Notes: generated from the sequence alone by a model not told the origin. DNA of 64,000 bases from Lytechinus pictus (GCF_037042905.1 NC_087246.1:12834001-12898000); one strand, 5' to 3'; counted from the first letter of the stretch, positions 54,001-63,904 are shown. A program made the numbers and translations.

Positions 54001-57000
54001 AATTATTTCGTCTGCAATAGCAATTAAATCAGTTATTTATGATATCTATAGCCTACTTATAGAATTACAACCAAGACTATGCGTGGGACTGAGGCAAAGC
54101 TTCTACCGTCACTTCGTAAAAATAAATTTGCAGCGCGTCCTGAATTTAGGGTTTTCACGAAGTGACGGTTATACGCGCGGAGCACCATCCGTCACTTCGT
54201 GAAAATAAATCTAAGCGCGTCCCGTAAAATATTTTTTTCACAAAAATATGGTTCTGCTTACAGCTCATTATCTTCTTATATTTAAAGAAGATGCAAATGA
54301 TTGGACTTGAACATTGCCTAGAATATGCCCTAAACGATAATATGAAATTTATCCACCCTGCATACTTGAAAGACGTTGAGATTGAGGTCTAAACCTTTGA
54401 AAGCGATTTACTAAAAACTAACTTTTTAAAAGTTGCGCGCTCATCCGTCACTTCGTGAAATAAGGGACGAATTGGCAATGGCTAGAAGATCAAAACTTGA
54501 CCAACAAGAAACTTTCCACCCAATGGTGTGTCTTCTGTAAAGCGATATGGAGAATTAAAAAAAAATGTTGGGATCAATTATACAAGGTGGGATTAAATTA
54601 ATGTTTATTCAATTACATTCTATGCTATCTAGGAATAAAGACTGTCTGTTACAAATACATATATAATAAAAGTGGCATTTCTTCTAACCTTCATATTGTC
54701 CAACTGTAAGTTCACCTCCTGTGTCTGCTTCAGATAACCATTCAGAGATGGTTGTTAGTGCCTCTCTCTGCAGATCTTCATCCATATACCTATGTACAGG
54801 AATAAATTATTAGAAGAAAGCTGTGTTCTGGTAATTTTCATCATGATTTCAGCATTTCAAAAGTTAAGATGATAATGGTCAGTTAAATGATAGCGTGCCA
54901 TATTTATAAAAAATTCCCTCTTTTGTGACAAACTGCGAGTACCACAACAAAATTATGGAACCATTTCTATTAAAAAACATCTATTCCTGTTACATGCCTT
55001 AAGCCCTCAATAGAATTATAATAAAAGATACATACTTTCATACAAATAAGCAAAACCCGACTTCAAATACAATCTGCCAACAAATAAATTCTTAATGGCA
55101 ATGTTTTTTTCTTGTTATAAAAGTGGCACCACAATATAATTTATTCAGTAAGAACTAGTTATGCAAATATAACGATAAAAATAATTAGTTACAATAGGAA
55201 TTACCAAATTATGACCATCTTTACCTTGCAAGTTGAACAGGTTTGGTTTGTGCTTGTTTTCTCAGTTCATCTTCCTGATCTCTTGTAAGGTAACTCAGAC
55301 CTTCATAGAAAAGCTGACAATATGAGAATGAAAAGAACACTAGAACAAAGGGAATTTTCCTCTACAATTCTTCTCTTATCCAAGGAACTCCCTCTCCCAT
55401 CATCTCTTAGTGAAATGACCATTTGGAGCACTTCACTCAACACTCTCATTTTCCATCAGACACTCAAATGCTAACTTTCTCAGGAGCAGTCTGCTCTTCT
55501 GATTTTTTTTAAAGAGAACATTCAATAGTTGGCAAGTTTTCACTTACATGTAGAATATTTCAACTACTTTGTCAGCTGGAATGAAAATGGGTACATGCAT
55601 TGGTGTTAAATCAACATATTTAAACACAACTGATATTGGTGTGAGCAAAATTGGTTTAGAAGCAGCTAAAAATATCAGACATAAAATCAACCTAGTGAGT
55701 GGGTATCGTTCAAGGAACCACTCACGTGTAGATCCAATGTGATGACAATTTATGCACCCACAAACATGTGCAGTTAAGTTTTTTTTTAGTATCATGTGCA
55801 GTTAAGTGTATTTTTAGTATGGAGCTACCCTGGGAATGATCATAGCTTGCACAGACAGTGACGGTTGAAATGTGATCATTTGAAATATCTTATTAAAATG
55901 TCATCTAAAAATGTGGGTGGAATATAATAAGATCTCTTGAGCGATATCCATAGTTTAAGATTGACAATAAGAGACTAGCAATTTTGGAATAGATTTCATC
56001 CAGATTAACATTTAGCAAACACTACTTGATATTAAACTCTAAAGAGATATCCTCGGTGAAATGTTAAAATCTTGTATCTCAAAATTCAAACATATATATA
56101 TAATAGGGTAGTTATGTAAAAGCTTGATTTTAGAGTAATGACATAAATAACAACCTTTTTTAATTTCTAGATCAATGGTTTTAACACGCAGTGATGATAT
56201 GGAACCATACAAATGCTGTGGATTATTATTAATATTCCCCAAGTTGGTATTTGAAACAAAAAATATTTTACCAACAGTCTCAGCACTTTTTCACAAAACA
56301 ATGAACCCATTGACTACTGTATTCCGAAATTTCCAAAGGCTAATTACAGGATCTTCCAGTTCTAGAAGGCAACAAGTTGACAGCGACTTGTAGTTAAGAA
56401 TATGTGCATATTACTTAGCATGTAATATGCAGTAGCACCTGTCACCTGAACATGATGTGGCCAATTTGATGATGTACTATAGCATTGAATGTAGGGATTT
56501 AGGCATGAATTATAGTTCTACTGGAATCTTTGTAAAAAATAAATCATAGAGCTGCCAAATGGGATATTCATCAATTCAGGAAGAATTCACTGAGGACTTT
56601 GGGAAGTCCACTTTCAATCACACAAAATACAATGTAAATCAGTATGTTGATTATTTCTGGTTATTCAATTCAAAATATTGTCAACTTTTCAGAGTCTTTC
56701 TGACAACCAGGGAGATTTGGCAGCTCTGAATTACAAACACTATATTATGTTATATTTGTACATTGTGCCCTCACCTTATTAAAGTTGAAGTTATGTTTGC
56801 AAAGGAATTCGATACTTGATGCCTGAAAATCAGAAAAATCACACAAAAACATGGTCAGCATTAATAATGAAGTGTCATTTCATCTTTAAATAAACCTTTG
56901 CTTTATATTACACCAACAAGTGAAAATATTAAAAGGATACTATCATGATGACTTAACTCCATCTTGCTCTAAAGGTTAACTATTTTCCAAGATGTTTGTA

Positions 57001-59699
57001 ATTTCAGTGTAGATGGGGGTGGGAATCTGACACTCTAGTAAATTATTTATTTATCTTTTAATCCTTAAGATGTGGCATTGGTGTGATTTAGCCAAGGTTA
57101 AATATTTTACCTTTGATGAATATTCATCTGCAACTGATAAAAAGTATTATTAACCGTATCAGACATCTGAGCAGGGCAACTTTGAAACATTGTTGCCTGC
57201 TTAAGACTGGGATCAAATGGCCGGTCAATAAAATTCCAATTGTTTATCCACGGGCCCAATTTATTGCCCGCTCAGGAAAGTCAATGAGAAAATGCGTGGA
57301 AATGTAGCGGGCAATAAAAGGCAGCGCTAATATCCGGGTATTCTACGCGTTTTTGCACGCGTCCTTGAACCGCGCAGTGCTATACGTCATAATGGTAATC
57401 AAGTTAAGACAACGCTGGATACTGCGTCCCTAGGCCAGGGACTCGTCATTTCAATTACGTCACAATGGTAAAGTTCAGAGGCCTAGTCTGCTCAACATGA
57501 TAAACTAGATTCTCATTCTAAAAATTTAAAATATCTAAATTTTAACGATTTTTGCTCTAGATGTCTGATTTGGTTAATAATAGCAATATTGACTGGCCTG
57601 GGGGCGAAAGGACATATATCGCCCTCACTAAATTGATATCACCCTCGTCTACGACTCGGGCGATATAAATCTAGTTTGGGTGATATATGTCGTATCGCCC
57701 CAAGGCCAGTCAATATTGCTTTATTATACCAAGTTACATGTACCTACTGTTGATAATAATAATAATTGGCTTTCATTTTGCACTTTATCAATCTATGACT
57801 GCTCAAAATGCTTCACAATTATTATAACCCTGTCACTGGATTCATAGCTTTTCTGGCAGCCTGTTAGGCGCAAACTTGCTAAACCAACCACAATGACGGT
57901 TGTTTCCTACCGGTACCCAATTAGCACCTGGGTGAGAGTGGCAAAGTGTGGATTGACGCCTTGCTAAAGGACGCTAGGTCATGGTGGGATTTGAACACAT
58001 GACTCTCTGATTACAAGCCGAGAGTCATAACCGCTACACCACGGCGCTGATTGTTATCAGATGGTGCTTGTACAAAACCTATTTGAATTATGAATAAAGT
58101 GGTCAAAGGGTTTAATACCTGGCATGTAAATCTGGAATCCACAGAGGATATACTCCTTGGAAAGAGATAGAAGTTATATGTGTGTGCCTCATACCTAGAC
58201 AAAAAACAAAAGAATACAAAATGAACATCATCAGGGTCCATTTTCAAAAACCTTCACTGGTCTATAGATATCACTTTATAATTGTGTACTGAATTCAATG
58301 AAGTTTACAATCCTAATGAGAATATATGAATATTTCTGCTTGTTTAATCATATTCTTAGATTTAAGGGAATAGCCTGAAGGGCCTGTAACTACAAGCTCT
58401 CCATTACCAAAATCACTAAAAATGTTCACATCTAAATTAAAAAAATCTGTTCAGCTAAGAAATTGCTTCATAGAATTAAGTAAAAAGAGCTCTTACAAGA
58501 GCAGCAGAATATATTCCAAATAAATATCTAGACACTTTACAAATTTGTTTATTATTGCTACCATTCAACTATAAACAAATGTCTACCAATACTACCAAGG
58601 AGGTGTTTTGTAAACCTGTTATTAAGTTACACATAACGACTTACACATCATTTTTACACAAACAGGTTACTTGTTTTAACATGTAATGTAGGTTTCATAT
58701 AAGATTCCCAATCTCTGATTACCATTACAAGGAAAGGTTGACATCAGACATGTTTACATTAAATTCTTGCTGTTAACAAGCATGTGAGTGAAAGTTTATA
58801 ATTTGTCCATTGATAAATTGAGGTTAAAGGAAATTCACTCCCATGATATGAAACAGGGGGAAAAATATGGTATCTCATTAAGGACTAGAACAGAACACCA
58901 GTTGTAGATGACTTGTGATCAGCTGTAGGAAACTACATCCAGTATACATGAACATACTTACTCATTCTTATTTGGTACTTTGACAAATGCAGATATTCCT
59001 TTGAGAACAGAATAGAGAGAGGGAAAATGAAAAGAACAATGTCATGTCACAATTTACAGAGGTTGAGTGTTTTTCATTATTTTGGTAATTCAGTCTTCAG
59101 TCTGATTTTTTTCAAAGAGAAATGATCTCTTCTCATTGTTGTAAAAATCATGCTCTGAAATATTTCTAAAGATCAGTAAATTACACTATCACTGAAGAAA
59201 ATATGATTACTCACTCTCTTTCTTGACTCAAGGCTCCACACTAACTTTTTTTTCTTGGTGGCCCGAATGGTCCAACAAAATTATAAATTTTACATTCTTG
59301 GTGGCCCGCAAGGCAAATTTGGTGGCCCTAAAACAATAGAAAACATTACAATTTTCCAACACTTTGGTAGCCCAATTGGACCACCAAGTGTGGGCTTTTG
59401 CAGAATTTTGGTGGCCCTACTCTCATTTATGGTTGCCCCGGGCCATCGCTAATGTCACGCCCTGTCTGGTACTTATCTCCAATAGGTTTACCCTTTGTTC
59501 TCGCTACCCGCCAGTCCCCCTTCTCTTTTTCACTGCATCTCTCTCTCTCTTTTCCATGTCATTTGCATCTCACCTAGCTGACAGATGGTATACTGCATGG
59601 CCATTCTCCTAAGCTTCTCATATCGCTGAGCTGGGGTGTCAAACAGGCTGTTGATATCATCCTGTGTTGCATGAAGACCAGTGAATTCTGTATCAATGG
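30027..59699 (-). CDS. PNLDC1: PARN-like ribonuclease PNLDC1 (piRNA Trimmer); 20 coding exons recovered, 5'-most coding exon not found
   Basis: Manual splicing gives one open frame of 1532 nt with all GT-AG junctions in phase. Motifs: AIDTEFTGL, SLFDTP..RY, YTICQLGISAF, YNFYLFP, ASSIEFL..HNFNFNK, LGFTEVF..L..SKKPIIGHNLLTDL, FP.VFDTK, HEAGYDAY, VNIIRA..NLSGSDPPSRRP, an RRM-like segment, and a hydrophobic C-terminus (IGLWSALMFSGAICVWAFFG). The tail and SLFD/TICQ motifs favour PNLDC1 over PARN. Confidence 0.9.
30492..30590 (-). CDS. PNLDC1: PNLDC1 observed exon 19 (CKDIMRAFKEHDTLSVVKYSPLHHSKRVRIGLW)
   Basis: cag/gtaagt sites; phase 2 to 2. Confidence 0.88.
31340..31428 (-). CDS. PNLDC1: PNLDC1 observed exon 18 (LAHIFGSYSSVDVQVIDRRHALLAVATFGG)
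   Basis: RRM-like segment; strong acceptor, weak gtgcgc donor; phase 0 to 2. Confidence 0.85.
31767..32751. mobile_element. Tc1/mariner-like MITE in PNLDC1 intron
   Basis: ta|CAGTGCGTATCAAAAAAAAGTTTACACTTTGAAA...TTTCAAAGTTTTAACTTTTTTTATACGCACTG|ta. Confidence 0.85.
32939..33028 (-). CDS. PNLDC1: PNLDC1 observed exon 17 (NLSGSDPPSRRPQWLHVTSKKLTQSLDGVK)
   Basis: N.SG.D...R motif; aag/gtaat sites. Confidence 0.9.
33907..34006 (-). CDS. PNLDC1: PNLDC1 observed exon 16 (VMASRPLDFREYIWKLKDYKDKVNIIRAAVNHV)
   Basis: VN.IRA motif; tag/gtgagt sites. Confidence 0.9.
34207..34548. mobile_element. Two adjacent short palindromic MITEs (34207-34369 and 34371-34548)
   Basis: gggcgtttcatgaa..ttgatgaaacactcccc and ggtgtgtcataaagct..agctttatgaaagacccacc inverted ends. 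Confidence 0.65.
35292..35334 (-). CDS. PNLDC1: PNLDC1 observed exon 15 (FMRLAHYITAKDI)
   Basis: tag/gtaagt sites; phase 1 to 2. Confidence 0.87.
35912..36092. repeat. ~20-bp minisatellite (ACATGGAGAG core)
   Basis: About 9 degenerate tandem units next to the exon 14 donor. Confidence 0.75.
36110..36163 (-). CDS. PNLDC1: PNLDC1 observed exon 14 (DGGVLHEAGYDAYAAGY)
   Basis: HEAGYDAY (DEDDh motif III); cag/gttag sites. Confidence 0.93.
36734..36801 (-). CDS. PNLDC1: PNLDC1 observed exon 13 (KKGTLIVLHSPHIFHGERFHKY)
   Basis: cag/gtaag sites; phase 2 to 1. Confidence 0.85.
36889..37440. mobile_element. Double-foldback non-autonomous element, copy 1
   Basis: ~140-bp palindrome (ttatattggatggct..agccatccaatataa) abutting a second IR pair (attatcatctata..tatagatgataat); copy 2 at 39797-40270. 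Confidence 0.75.
37879..37946 (-). CDS. PNLDC1: PNLDC1 observed exon 12 (NLIDAGLPVQNTSLGCLLENLSS)
   Basis: NTSL motif; cag/gtgagt sites; phase 0 to 2. Confidence 0.85.
38161..38260. repeat. (GAT)n/(ATT)n microsatellite
   Basis: Direct reading. Confidence 0.85.
38324..38409 (-). CDS. PNLDC1: PNLDC1 observed exon 11 (SYSSFKAQLHELFPKVFDTKYLSYEMRK)
   Basis: FP..DTK motif; cag/gtaaag sites. Confidence 0.93.
38447..39265. mobile_element. Tc1/mariner-like MITE with ~300-bp TIRs
   Basis: ta|CAGTGCGTCCCAGAAAAAACGAAACCGAGATTTATCGATG...CATCGATAAATCTCGGTTTCGTTTTTTGTGGGACGCACTG|ta. Confidence 0.9.
39581..39650 (-). CDS. PNLDC1: PNLDC1 observed exon 10 (PIIGHNLLTDLMLFYEKFHRPLP)
   Basis: GHNxxxD motif (DEDD motif II); tag/gtaag sites. 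Confidence 0.93.
39797..40270. mobile_element. Double-foldback non-autonomous element, copy 2
   Basis: Colinear with 36889-37440, with a deletion in the palindrome. Confidence 0.75.
40754..40814 (-). CDS. PNLDC1: PNLDC1 observed exon 9 (IVDKLLGFTEVFRALVESKK)
   Basis: GF..VF motif; tag/gtagg sites; phase 2 to 0. Confidence 0.9.
41205..41312. repeat. (CAT)n microsatellite
   Basis: Direct reading; explains the poly-Ile ORF. Confidence 0.9.
41428..41498 (-). CDS. PNLDC1: PNLDC1 observed exon 8 (LKVKVMAAENRDRLEEDQVKLANR)
   Basis: cag/gtaaag sites; phase 0 to 2. Confidence 0.82.
42176..42258 (-). CDS. PNLDC1: PNLDC1 observed exon 7 (LNGLLLQLVIQESFPILNARFDVNTTQ)
   Basis: cag/gtaagc sites; phase 1 to 0; R3H-like region. 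Confidence 0.82.
42765..43252. mobile_element. Sola-like MITE (488 bp), AATT TSD, GAG termini
   Basis: TIR GAGTATATGAATATAAAAAAGGCCCAAGTCCA vs GAGTATCTGAATATAAAAACGGCCCAAGTCCA; AATT at 42761-64 and 43253-56; internal palindrome of the same motif at ~43047-43103. Confidence 0.8.
45603..46145 (+). mobile_element. piggyBac-like non-autonomous element nested in the Sola1 element
   Basis: TTAA on both sides; TIR CCACTTGACTGC / GCAGTCAAGTGG; two copies of palindrome GCACGTAATATTACGTGC; short acidic ORF remnant from 45874. Confidence 0.8.
46568..50313 (+). pseudogene. Sola1-like DDD transposase, spliced (46568-46781 + 47826-50313, ~900 codons), disrupted
   Basis: Motifs RN.G..Y..K.VP.R, VC..FL.TLGI, D.RG, HI..FP..ESHYCR, F..PKKDTC..C, FDLQQV..LP...FYKRRL..FNFTI, LFADGC.GQNKN, HGQSEGDSVHS.I, K..DL..LC...FY..L. 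In-frame TAA at 48650-52; frameshifts near 48985, 49350 and 49572. Confidence 0.87.
52276..52818 (+). repeat. Tandem duplication (period 288 bp) inside the Sola1 element
   Basis: gctaatatttcaaatgaa at 52276 and 52564, near-identical through gttcttccacattt. Confidence 0.92.
53085..53402 (+). repeat. G/A-rich polypurine low-complexity tract
   Basis: Repeats of GGGGAAGTGGGTGGAG / GGGGAGGGGTGG. Confidence 0.9.
54689..54789 (-). CDS. PNLDC1: PNLDC1 observed exon 6 (YMDEDLQREALTTISEWLSEADTGGELTVGQYE)
   Basis: tag/gttag sites; phase 2 to 1; an in-frame alternative donor (gtgaac) lies 27 nt upstream. Confidence 0.8.
55225..55313 (-). CDS. PNLDC1: PNLDC1 observed exon 5 (LFYEGLSYLTRDQEDELRKQAQTKPVQLAR)
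   Basis: G..YL...QE motif; cag/gtaaag sites; phase 0 to 2. Confidence 0.88.
56547..56728. mobile_element. Short hAT-like MITE
   Basis: AGAGCTGCCAAAT / ATTTGGCAGCTCTG inverted termini; TSD not clear. Confidence 0.55.
56775..56822 (-). CDS. PNLDC1: PNLDC1 observed exon 4 (ASSIEFLCKHNFNFNK)
   Basis: SSI.FL...FDFNK-like motif; cag/gtgag sites. Confidence 0.92.
57145..57727. mobile_element. Double-foldback non-autonomous element, different family, mirror orientation
   Basis: ~30-bp IR (57145-57173 / 57553-57582) abutting a ~150-bp palindrome (57577-57727). Confidence 0.75.
57752..58048 (-). mobile_element. tRNA-derived SINE (same family as 7257-7547)
   Basis: Colinear high similarity; B box mutated (GTTCAAATCC). 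Confidence 0.9.
58119..58194 (-). CDS. PNLDC1: PNLDC1 observed exon 3 (YEAHTYNFYLFPRSISSVDSRFTCQ)
   Basis: NFYLFP motif; tag/gtatt sites; phase 2 to 0. Confidence 0.92.
58962..58998 (-). CDS. PNLDC1: PNLDC1 observed exon 2 (ISAFVKVPNKN)
   Basis: aag acceptor after pyrimidine tract, gtaagt donor; phase 1 to 2. Confidence 0.85.
59229..59464. mobile_element. hAT-like MITE with GGTGGCCC repeats
   Basis: CAAGGCTCCACACTAAC / GCTAATGTCACGCCCTG imperfect termini. Confidence 0.55.
59574..59699 (-). CDS. PNLDC1: PNLDC1 observed exon 1 (AIDTEFTGLHATQDDINSLFDTPAQRYEKLRRMAMQYTICQLG)
   Basis: cag acceptor, gtgag donor; contains DEDD motif I (DxE); phase 1 to 1. Confidence 0.93.
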   Translation of the reverse strand, partial: PLIQNSLVFMQHRMISTACLTPQLSDMRSLGEWPCSIPSVS

Positions 59700-62600
59700 C
59701 TGCATTAATGAAAAAAGAAAAAGAAATAAGGATAATCAATTTATTAGACCTCAGCATCCAAGCACCTTTGAAGTTTGTTTGCCATACCAGCACTGAAAAG
59801 TTTTCCTTCTATTTTATAGTAGTAGAAGAGTTAGAGAACAGTGCAGTTATTTAGAATCAAGATTTCACTGCACTTGTCAGACTGATGTGATTATTTACTC
59901 AGATAGCAATGCTGACAATTTTCATGAAACAGTTGCATCTGTTTTTGGCCCAGAGTCTAGAGCTGAGCTACTGAAGACTCTGAGCCGAGTGCAAAATTTG
60001 TTAGTGAACACTACTACAACCGAGATGGTTCATGACACACTTTTATGCGCACCTACTTGGTGGTCACCAGCTTAAATACAGCTCTATTACAGAGATCATA
60101 AGTTGATAAATTACAACTTGAAAATAATCTCACAACAAAATTTCAGTGGTTATGGCTTTTCTCTTAGACAATAAAGGACATCTCCTTCAGTGTGTCTACC
60201 AAGGCTCCCCTTGCTCAGTCATTGGTCTGGTCCAACGAACCAACTTTTCACTTTTGACGTAGAGGATTACATTTAGATTCCCATTTTGGCTGTTTACTGA
60301 TTATTACATCGTCTACAGAGAGTTTGTGAATGATGAAGACTAGTACATCCAGGAAAATTCACAACATCCTGAGCCTAAAGGATTTTGCAATACCAGAGTA
60401 ATGCACCCGCAATTTGACATGTGCCTCCATTCAACATGGCAAACTCATTTCACAAGCCAGCAGTGTCAATCACCACAACACACACCGGCACTATCACTCA
60501 CCACATGAAATTCCTAATTTCAACTCCAAAATCCCCTTTAAAAGGTAAAATTTTGTCATAAAAATTTGGATACTGCGCCATTTTCCAGAGCGTGCAAAGG
60601 CTTAGTTCACATTTAAGAAGTGGGTTCACAAAAAAATGTGTTAAAAATGATGATATCTGTGGTTTAGTTCCGAGTTTGTGGACGTTCTCGCAAATTCAGG
60701 ATCTTATCTTTTACAAAATAACTAATCAAAACAAAAAAATCTACCGCATTGAATTTGCACAGAAATCAAGTTGACGGCATGCTAGCGGCCTTAAATCGAC
60801 ATGGGGTCAGAGCGTGATGCGGGAGCAAATGGCCACTGCTGCAACTCCCATGTTGCATATCACGTGCGGTGTGGCGTAATTCAGCGACGCTCGCTTGCAT
60901 TGATTTCTGAACATGGGAGTGCTATGTCGAATGAAAGATGGGAGCTGTTGATTTGCAGCCACAAATACATTTCAAGATTAAGGTACTAGAAATTCATTTC
61001 CGACATTTATACAATATTGATTTCATTTTTAAACAAATATTCATTAAAAACAAGGCATAAGCGATTTTGTGTCTTGCCCACTTATGAAAATAATCAGAAA
61101 TATTGTGATTTGCGAGGGCACGCAACAGAATTGTATCAAAACTTCATTGTGAAATAACTGGGATGGAATAACATTTGTCATAAGGGCATTTTCACCACAG
61201 ATGGACACATAGGCGAAAAAAATCAAACTGATATTCATGTCAAATGCTTTATGTTTTTCAATAAAACAAGACCTGAAGTTTCTGGGACATTTTCTTTTTC
61301 CGACTCTGGCAGCCATTTTTACTTCAAAATGGCCGCCAAAGTATGGATACAAATTAGTGTTGAAAATGGTATATTGATACATATGTTATTTTGACAGTTT
61401 TTTTAAGAACAGGTTTGATCATGATGTTTTCCCCTGTGACTTAGCTTGCTATTATAACACTTTATAAAATCCCATAGAAAGAAATTCCAGTAATTCATTT
61501 ATCTGATAAAAAAATATTGATGAAGTACGTGATATGGTATGTAACGTCAGTTACCAAGAACATGAACTTTTTTCTCATTTCCTAGAAAAGAGGATATATT
61601 ATATGAAACTTGGTAGATTTCCTCCTTAGGTAACACCCCTCATTTCTACACCAAAATAAAAGATAATCAAATAACAATCAAGCCATAGGGTACCATTATA
61701 TGTGTAACGTCAGTTATCAAGTGGAAAACGTAATGTAAGTTACCGAGATGTAATGTCAGTTACCATGATAAAACATTGGTTACCAATAGTGAAATGCAAA
61801 TGTGGTCAATTTTATGGTGAAGAAATATTGTATACTTGTTATTTAAGTCTTTCACTTAGTTAAATCACACCAGAAGGAGCTTGCTTATGACTTTTAAAAG
61901 ATATAAGTTCACAAGGAATACTATATAAAATTATGAAGGAAGTTGCATTCCCATCGTGCAAAAAAATACTATGAATTGTTTTGCATATGTACATGTACTT
62001 ACCAAGTACCTAATTGTTTGTATCAGACAATTTTTTTGTCATTTGTCTTTTTTTTTGGTTTTCGGGGAGAGGGGGTACTTTTTTCAACCTATTGCCTAAT
62101 ACTGCAACATTTGATAAGCTTAACATTGCGATGAATGGGGGTTTCCAGGGCCCCTTTTTTAGTTTCTATGGTTATTTTGAGCATTGCCAGGCTAAAAGTA
62201 AATTCCTGGTTTTTAAACATGTACCTGTTAGTAACTAGATGTGTGATACAATTTTTTTGTTTTTGGTTTACAAGTATAGATGAAAAGTAAAATTTGACAG
62301 TTCTGATCAATGCTGCATGGATCTACTAAAACTGTTTCTTTTTTCTTATTTACAAATAGTTCAGTTTCAGTTTAGAAGCTGGAGTTTATATTTTGTTGAC
62401 AGCTTAAAAAAGAAATTAGCAAAGAGAATGATTAAACAAATTATGAAGAAAATTTGAAATCCGACAGATATGAATAAGCATTGCAAGCTTGCACTGACCA
62501 GAATAGAAATCAATAAAACTGCATGGCTGCATGATATTCAGGTGAGGGATAGCCTAGGGGAGGAGACCCTGATTCATTTTGCTTTTTTTGAGGGGAGGGG

Positions 62601-63904
62601 GAGGTTAAAGAAGGAAAAGGTTTAAAAAGTCAAAATATGAAACTGATGAATATATGTAAATGGGGGTATAGTCAGAAAAATCCATGTGTAAATACAATGC
62701 AATATCAAATTACTATAGGAATACATGTAGCTGCTATGAACCCCCCCCCCCCCCCCCGAGTAAATAAAACAATTCCTATTTTTTGATGTATTATGAAACT
62801 TTTATGATTTTAAAAAGCCTTACAGATAAGTACCAAGAAAATTATTCCTTTGAAAATCATTAAGCTCTGGTAAATGTTAATGTGTAATGTAAGTTAGCGA
62901 CAAGTAATAATAAAATGTTCAAATAAAAAAAAAGGAATTAAGAAAAAAAGGAATAAAGAAATCAAATATCAATAGATTTTGTATCATTTCAAAGCTCTTA
63001 AAAAGACCTTTCAAATGATACCAAGAACTCTAATTTTCCTCAAGAAATTACAAAGTTATTCCAGTTTAAGTCACGCATATTCAGTCAGACTGCAGGTCAC
63101 AAGAAAGTGGCTTCTTTCATCCAAGTGATATTCATGACTTGAGATGTTTTGCATATTTAATGAGCTTGATGCGGACCAAAACACCTCTTTTCAAAAAATC
63201 ACACTTTTCATTTGCCAAGTACATAAAGCAGCTTGAAAACAAGTATACTGCACTCTGATTGGTCAAAAAGACCACACAATGGCAAATTCCAACGGTTCCA
63301 GTGCTTGGGTTCGTGGGAAGGTCACACTTCCCATGTGGTAATCTCCTCAAATACCCCGCGCCTGTTGTTCTGTGAACCTTATCCAGCCAATCAGAACTCT
63401 GGATTTCATGCAAGTACAAAATTTAGAAATCTCGTCTTGCACCTTGGTGGGAAAAGTGTGATCTTGACCCGATTAAAAGGTGCCGCATATCAAGAGTGGC
63501 ATTGTGAGAAAGTACAGAAGTTCAGCTTTATGGTGATATAGATATCATTGAGGCTCAAAATAAAAAGTTTTGCACAATTTGCAAAAGAAAACAGAGGAAG
63601 AAAATTCAGTTTTGAGGCACAATTTCAGGCCAGAAATTTACTTATTTAACAAAATATTGTATACAAAATAAATGACCAATATGAAAGAGTAACTTTTACT
63701 CTATCTGATGGTGCAATAATATTTCATTTAACTTGAGGTTAAAACAGGTAAATTCTTAGAGAAAGAAAATCTCACGAATCACGAGATTATGCAAGGAGGA
63801 GGATTCAGCCACGAGATGATTTGGATGAATCTGGCCTTTTTGCTCATTAGCATAGGGACCTGCGGTCTGACTGTATTCATCCAAATTTGTGGTCATTGTC
63901 TTAA

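Larger units (their letters stand above)
43469..54469 (+). mobile_element. Sola1-type DNA transposon, 11,001 bp, both ends intact, in a PNLDC1 intron and antisense to it
   Basis: AATT at 43465-68 and 54470-73. TIRs CGTCTCTGTTTTCACGAAGTGACGGAT vs CGTCCCTTATTTCACGAAGTGACGGAT (24/27). Subterminal repeats and an internal DDD transposase. A 4-bp AWWT target is the described Sola1 preference. Confidence 0.88.

Noticed and set aside
30027-59699. Calling the gene PARN
   Set aside because: No long C-terminal disordered tail; it ends in a transmembrane-like segment and has PNLDC1-type SLFD/TICQ and NIIRA motifs.
60502-60540. Candidate first coding exon of PNLDC1 (gtgagt donor at 60501)
   Set aside because: The required phase gives GISC|A rather than the expected ..DF(V/I)|A, with no N-terminal NF motif; the true first exon is probably outside the window.
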